Assembly (NCBI GenBank): GCA_049969615.1
Contig: JBMFOM010000041.1
Coordinates: 1-11,245 of the forward strand
DNA: 11,245 nt
Direction of reading: 5' to 3'
Source: a candidate division WOR-3 bacterium
GTDB taxonomy: Bacteria; Hydrothermota; Hydrothermia; JBDRYB01
Positions 6,756 to 11,245 of the stretch are shown here, piece after piece; positions within the stretch are counted from its first letter, which is position 1, and each line of letters opens with the position of its first letter. Made by a program: the position numbers and the translations under genes. The notes beneath the pieces are model-generated. The model saw only the letters and a program-made list of their open reading frames with translations, did no database searches and had not been told where the DNA came from.

Positions 6756-7043
6756 TTACCTCGCTATAACCATTTTTTTCACGGCAGTCCTGGATCCAGC
6801 GACCAAGCGCAGGAAATAGACGCCAGATGGCCTGTTCAGCTCCCTATAGAGCTGATAGACCCCAGGGTCCATCTTGCCGGAAAGGAGGAGATCTGTCCTT
6901 CTGCCAGCCACATCATAGAGGGCCAGCGTTACCTCCGTTGGCTCCGGTATCCCGAACTGGAACCTGACCTTGCCCCTGGAGGGGTTCGGCAGTGGCGGCC
7001 CAAGGAAGAACCTCGGCCCAGGTACCGCTATCTCATCAGTGCC
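6756..7043 (-). other. T9SS type-A-like C-terminal sorting domain
   Basis: GTDE...PNPSRG...LYDVAGR...SGVYFLRL...KKMVIAR matches the PNP / YDxxGR / SGVYF / terminal K pattern of Por secretion CTDs. Confidence 0.8.
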
Positions 7044-10000
7044 CGCCGGGCCATCGTTTGGCCAGAAGGTATAGCACCTGGTGTTCCACCTGTCATGCGC
7101 CCATGAGGGCCAACCCTTCTTTTTGTATGGGACGAATGTTTCCCACGCGTGATAAACGCCCTGGAAGGTCACCGCGTGCAGGTCAGAGAAGCCGTCCTCG
7201 TTCTGATCCGCTATGGTGACGCCCGAATAAAGACTCGGTAGGTCAAGGCTACCCTGCGCGTCGTTCTGGATGACGATCGGGAAACCCGGAACCATTGATC
7301 CGTCAATGTTGAATGCGTATATGGTCCCATACCAGCCCGGAACGATGAGCTCGGCCGCACCGTCGCCATCTATGTCGCCAGCAGTAGCGTAAAGTCCACC
7401 ATCTGTCCTGCCCCTCTGCTTCAGGAGCGGCGGAGATATTATTTGGCCCTGCGGGGATATGATGTAACAGGTATCACGAAGGGTTGTATCAGCAAGGCCA
7501 TAGCCACGAGGAACAGCCTTGTTGCCTATGTATGCTATCTCAAGGGTATCATCGTTATCAAAGTCAGCTATAACGGGACCCTGGGACACGCACTCCTGGC
7601 CTCCGTAATATGGGTTCACCTGTGAGTATATCGTCCCATCATACAGGACCACGCTCAGTGTTCCGCGCGATGTTAGGGTTACTATCTCCTGGTTCGGTGA
7701 GCTCTTGACAACCTCGGCTATGGCAACGCCTCCAGCGTCGCTCGCCAGGCTATCCACGGTCACCGGGAACCCCGGAAGGACAGAGCCATCGGGTCTGAGC
7801 ACATACAGTTTTGAGTTCGCGGTAATAACTGCTATCTCCGGCGTATCATCAAAGTCCAGGTCTCCTGTCGCGGGGAGGTTGCGTTGCCAGCCACCGCCTA
7901 TCTCTTTTCTAAGGAGAACCGTCCCGTTCCCGTCAATTATCCAGAGGGTTCCATAAGTAGACCACAAACCCGGCTCCGGGAACCCGTCTCCGTCAAAGTC
8001 CTGCATGAAGACCGGCGTCGGAACATGCGCTCCACCGTAAGTAGGGTCCGAAGTATCCCCGATATACACCGGCCAGCCAGGCACAATGCTCCCGTCAGAG
8101 TTGAAAGCGAACAGGGAGTCGTTCCAAATGTCCCCAGCCACATATTCCAGGAGGCCGTCGCCGTCTATGTCGCCGACAGCGGGAAGAACATGGCCGTTAT
8201 ACATCCTCATCAGAAGCGGAAATCCGTGGGGCTGGGTGCCGTCCGCGTGCACCACATATAGCTCCGCAAGGTCTCCACCTGACATCCATGCTGGCTTGTA
8301 AAAGCTTGAGTTGAAAACAGCCTCCATGCCGGGATACGAGGGGTCCATGTTGCATATGATTGGACCAACACGGAAGGCCATTGGCGCGTTCACCGGAGGG
8401 TGAGGGCCGTGGGGCGGGTTCGGCCTCTGAACGAAAGGCCCTATGGCGGGGCCTTCGTTAAGCGCGGAATCAACCGCAACCACCGTATACGAGTATATCT
8501 GTTGATAGCTCAGAGGCTCATCCGAGAATGTCCTTCCTGGCAGTATGCCCGGATAAGCTATTCCCGTGCCCCTGAAGACCTTGTATCCCATTGCCCTCTG
8601 GGCCTTTGTCCAGCATATGGATACGCCTTTCGGCGTTGGGGAGGCGAAACCCGAATCTATGGACGGGCCTGGCCTCAGGCGAAGATAAAAGGTATCCCAG
8701 GGGCCGACATTGTCATCCAGCCGGAGCCTAAACCTGGGTTCACTCACCGGGAAAAGGACCCTGGCGACGAAATTGTGGGTGTGTCCGCTGTTGGATCCGG
8801 CCTGGAGCGTCTGTATCAGGCATGTACTGTCAAAGAGCATGGTTGAACCGTCGGCAGTGGAAACCGTAAGCATGAGGTTTGAGAGCCTGTATAACCCGGA
8901 GTTGGCTATGTCCACGCTAAAGTAGATTGAATCCTTTGAAAAACTGCTCCTTACCCCAACCAATTCTGGCCTGCCGGACTTTATGGGGATATAGGATGAA
9001 TCCCTCTCGGAGACTCTCCCACCCTCGTATATGGCTATGCTGTAGAGCCCGTGCTCATATGTTTGGGTAGGCCTCGTCGTTGTTGCGGCCCTGAAAGTGC
9101 ACTCCCTCTCTCCACCGGCTGATAGGGAGCCAATATAGACGCTGTCAGAGAGGAAGAACATGTCCGGATGCATGCCCATAGCCTTCAGCGCGACATCGGT
9201 CCCCGCGACGTTCCCAAAATTCTTTATGGTCACCCTAATGTTCAGGGTCTCGGCAGGGTGAGCAGAGCCGTCTCCATCGTCGTCTTCAATCTTGATGTTG
9301 GTCAAAGACACCTGCGGCCCGGAACTGGTAGCGGGAACACTCCCGCGCCAGGGGATGTAGTTCCTCTTTGAAACCGCCACCGTGTAATTTCCGGCTATGA
9401 CCGGGAAATCCTTGAATGTGACATATCCGTTAGGATCTGTCTCCTTCATGAGCCACACCACCCCTTCTCTGTATAGGACGACCTTTGCTTCTCGGAGGGG
9501 TGAACCTCCGGACTGCACGCGAACCCGGAGTGAATCGGTGATCAGGGGATCCGTTGTCACAGTAACGGGCCGGGGGGTCCTGTTGATCAGAACCTGGCCC
9601 GGGTCACCGTGTAGCCTGTAAGCCAGGAGTATGGTCCTCAGGTAAGAATTGCTCTGCATTGCTCCTGCATACATCATCCTGGTCATGGCGTCAATTTGGC
9701 CCTCGGTCTCGGTCAGGCCCATGTAGAAATTGCCCAAGATCTTCGGAAAGACATCATACCATGAGATGGTAGGATAATCCTCCTTGACCGAACCAAGAAC
9801 ACCTATCGCGCCGCCTGTAGGGTTAAGCATGTAATCCTTGCCTATGGATCTTATCTGGATGTTGTTGTAGTAGCAGGAGATAACCATGGCGAAGAATGGG
9901 AAATTATTGACATTCACGGCGTCATAGGGTCTCAAACGCTGATTCAGCCTTCTGTTTATAGCAACCACATAATGACTTCCGTGGCACATGGATAAGACGA

Positions 10001-11243
10001 GGCCTGGGCCGGCCATTTCCAGCGTGTCAAGGAACCCACGGGTGGTCTGGTTTGGGTTCTCAGCCTCCACGAAGCTTATTGTGGGCGTTGAGTCCGGTAT
10101 GAACTGCTTTATGTAATTTGCCGCGCCCTGGCTGTCATCCGTGTTATCAATATCAGCAACATGTAGGAGGCAGTTGTGCGCTCTCGTGGACGGCGTCATA
10201 TCATAGCGGATGCATTTCGCGAACATCGCCCTGAGCTCCGCCGTGTCCCTCATCGCGAGCCGGCCCACGAATACCTCTGGGAAGAGGTCTATGCTATCCG
10301 CTGTCGTCCCGTAGAACCAGTCCCCGTTCCTGTTCCAGTCCCCGTCCAGGCAGGCATAGTAATAATCGGTGTCAACGCTGTCCCCAAAATACGCTGGATA
10401 GTAGGGCACGAAACACATCTTTGGCGGGATTTCCTCGTGATCGCCGATCAGGAGGACAAACCTGAGCCCCCTGTTCTGCCAGAGCCACTTTATTCCCGCC
10501 CGGATCTTCTCCGGCAGGTCCTTTCCCTGGAAATTGGAGGAGAACCAATCAATGGTGAAAACCTCCACATTGTAGCCCGAAAGCCTCCTGTGAACCACGA
10601 ATGAATCAAGGACCGGCAGGAACCTCTGCGGCGCGATTATGGCGTAGTCCAGGTCAGTTGGATTCCAGGTAGGAGACATGAGGCCATCTGGATTGATGAC
10701 TATGGCCTTGAGGACATTATAGAAATACGGATCGAGGCCCGGTCCGGAAGGATGATCCGTTCCCCGCTTGTATTCAAGGGAGACCTCCACATCCCTGTAT
10801 AGGTAAACATCGCCCTCGGGCGTCAGCTCAAGGGGAAAAACATGGATGATGGCAATAGCCTGTCCCCTCATGTAGCCGAAGCGGGCGAGTCTCGCCCTCT
10901 CCAATGGATATGGGGAGGTTATGGCAGGTTCCGGGGCATCAGGAACCCCAGCGTCCCGGTTTATGCCCCGTGAGATCTGGAACCTCTCCATACGGACGCC
11001 CTCGGCTATCTTCACCCTCTCACCAGCCGAGAACCTGAGCTTGAGGTCAGTTGCTCCGGGGGGCAGGGCAACCATCAATACCTTCACCGGCATCAGGGGC
11101 ATGCCGGGCAGGAGGTCAAAAGAGCACCCCTCCAAGCGGAAACTCTCACCCCATTCCCCTTTGGCCGGGATAACTACCTGGGGTTCAAAAGAAACCCTGG
11201 TGCTGAAAACAGCGCCCAGCAAAAAGCATATTGACATGATCAT
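6756..11243 (-). CDS. Secreted C25 (gingipain-like) cysteine peptidase with Ig/FN3-like domains, FG-GAP repeats and T9SS type-A-like C-terminal domain
   Basis: Propeptide-like N-terminus (PGMPLMPV...ALPPGA). C25 core at ~10649-9600 with YAIIAP, FVLLIGD, TDYYYACLDGDWN, PEVFVGRL, CH421GS, ISC457, GGAIG and LHGDP. The start may lie further upstream, because only 2 nt precede the ATG in this window. Confidence 0.9.
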   Translation of the reverse strand: MIMSICFLLGAVFSTRVSFEPQVVIPAKGEWGESFRLEGCSFDLLPGMPLMPVKVLMVALPPGATDLKLRFSAGERVKIAEGVRMERFQISRGINRDAGVPDAPEPAITSPYPLERARLARFGYMRGQAIAIIHVFPLELTPEGDVYLYRDVEVSLEYKRGTDHPSGPGLDPYFYNVLKAIVINPDGLMSPTWNPTDLDYAIIAPQRFLPVLDSFVVHRRLSGYNVEVFTIDWFSSNFQGKDLPEKIRAGIKWLWQNRGLRFVLLIGDHEEIPPKMCFVPYYPAYFGDSVDTDYYYACLDGDWNRNGDWFYGTTADSIDLFPEVFVGRLAMRDTAELRAMFAKCIRYDMTPSTRAHNCLLHVADIDNTDDSQGAANYIKQFIPDSTPTISFVEAENPNQTTRGFLDTLEMAGPGLVLSMCHGSHYVVAINRRLNQRLRPYDAVNVNNFPFFAMVISCYYNNIQIRSIGKDYMLNPTGGAIGVLGSVKEDYPTISWYDVFPKILGNFYMGLTETEGQIDAMTRMMYAGAMQSNSYLRTILLAYRLHGDPGQVLINRTPRPVTVTTDPLITDSLRVRVQSGGSPLREAKVVLYREGVVWLMKETDPNGYVTFKDFPVIAGNYTVAVSKRNYIPWRGSVPATSSGPQVSLTNIKIEDDDGDGSAHPAETLNIRVTIKNFGNVAGTDVALKAMGMHPDMFFLSDSVYIGSLSAGGERECTFRAATTTRPTQTYEHGLYSIAIYEGGRVSERDSSYIPIKSGRPELVGVRSSFSKDSIYFSVDIANSGLYRLSNLMLTVSTADGSTMLFDSTCLIQTLQAGSNSGHTHNFVARVLFPVSEPRFRLRLDDNVGPWDTFYLRLRPGPSIDSGFASPTPKGVSICWTKAQRAMGYKVFRGTGIAYPGILPGRTFSDEPLSYQQIYSYTVVAVDSALNEGPAIGPFVQRPNPPHGPHPPVNAPMAFRVGPIICNMDPSYPGMEAVFNSSFYKPAWMSGGDLAELYVVHADGTQPHGFPLLMRMYNGHVLPAVGDIDGDGLLEYVAGDIWNDSLFAFNSDGSIVPGWPVYIGDTSDPTYGGAHVPTPVFMQDFDGDGFPEPGLWSTYGTLWIIDGNGTVLLRKEIGGGWQRNLPATGDLDFDDTPEIAVITANSKLYVLRPDGSVLPGFPVTVDSLASDAGGVAIAEVVKSSPNQEIVTLTSRGTLSVVLYDGTIYSQVNPYYGGQECVSQGPVIADFDNDDTLEIAYIGNKAVPRGYGLADTTLRDTCYIISPQGQIISPPLLKQRGRTDGGLYATAGDIDGDGAAELIVPGWYGTIYAFNIDGSMVPGFPIVIQNDAQGSLDLPSLYSGVTIADQNEDGFSDLHAVTFQGVYHAWETFVPYKKKGWPSWAHDRWNTRCYTFWPNDGPAGTDEIAVPGPRFFLGPPLPNPSRGKVRFQFGIPEPTEVTLALYDVAGRRTDLLLSGKMDPGVYQLYRELNRPSGVYFLRLVAGSRTAVKKMVIAR
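7130..8366 (-). repeat. FG-GAP/VCBS-like protein repeats (Ca-binding beta-propeller) inside the C25 gene
   Basis: Recurring DxDxDGxxE-type loops (DIDGDGLLE, DFDGDGFPE, DLDFDDTPE, DFDNDDTLE, DIDGDGAAE, DQNEDGFSD) and DG..PG[FW]P motifs (DGTQPHGFP, DGSIVPGWP, DGSVLPGFP, DGSMVPGFP). Confidence 0.85.
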
Positions 11244-11245
11244 GC

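Noticed and set aside
3054..10604. Remaining 60-160 aa alternative-frame and antisense ORFs in the ORF track
   Set aside because: All lie within or across well-supported genes, are expected at this GC content, and show no family motifs.
1..11245. CRISPR array, tRNA/rRNA, IS or integrase, defence system
   Set aside because: By eye I found no regularly spaced nucleotide repeats, cloverleaf signatures, terminal inverted repeats, or recombinase or nuclease motifs.

Overview
Bacterial chromosomal window with six well-supported CDSs and no tRNA, rRNA, CRISPR array or mobile element that I can see. From left to right: (1) an AT-rich edge with a probable terminator; (2) a stand-alone pgk (-); (3) a divergently transcribed protein (+) with a small N-terminal helical domain, a long acidic Pro/Glu-rich linker and a C-terminal Roadblock/LC7 (MglB-like) domain, probably leaderless from ATG 1751; (4) cysS (+), coupled by a GTGA overlap to a FetB/YbbM (UPF0014) permease that has no neighbouring ATPase; (5) a convergent minus-strand pair, made of a ~1495-aa gingipain-like C25 peptidase (propeptide, His-Cys dyad, Ig/FN3-like domains, FG-GAP propeller, T9SS type-A-like CTD) followed by a peptidase M15A-type Zn metallohydrolase with an EF-hand-like insert, fused to a beta-propeller. 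The CTD style and very short N-terminal hydrophobic leaders suggest a non-Bacteroidota FCB-associated lineage such as WOR-3, but this is inference only. The best leads are the orphan Roadblock protein with a PopZ-like scaffold layout, the M15A-propeller fusion and its pairing with the C25 protease. I cannot establish novelty for any of them without database searches.
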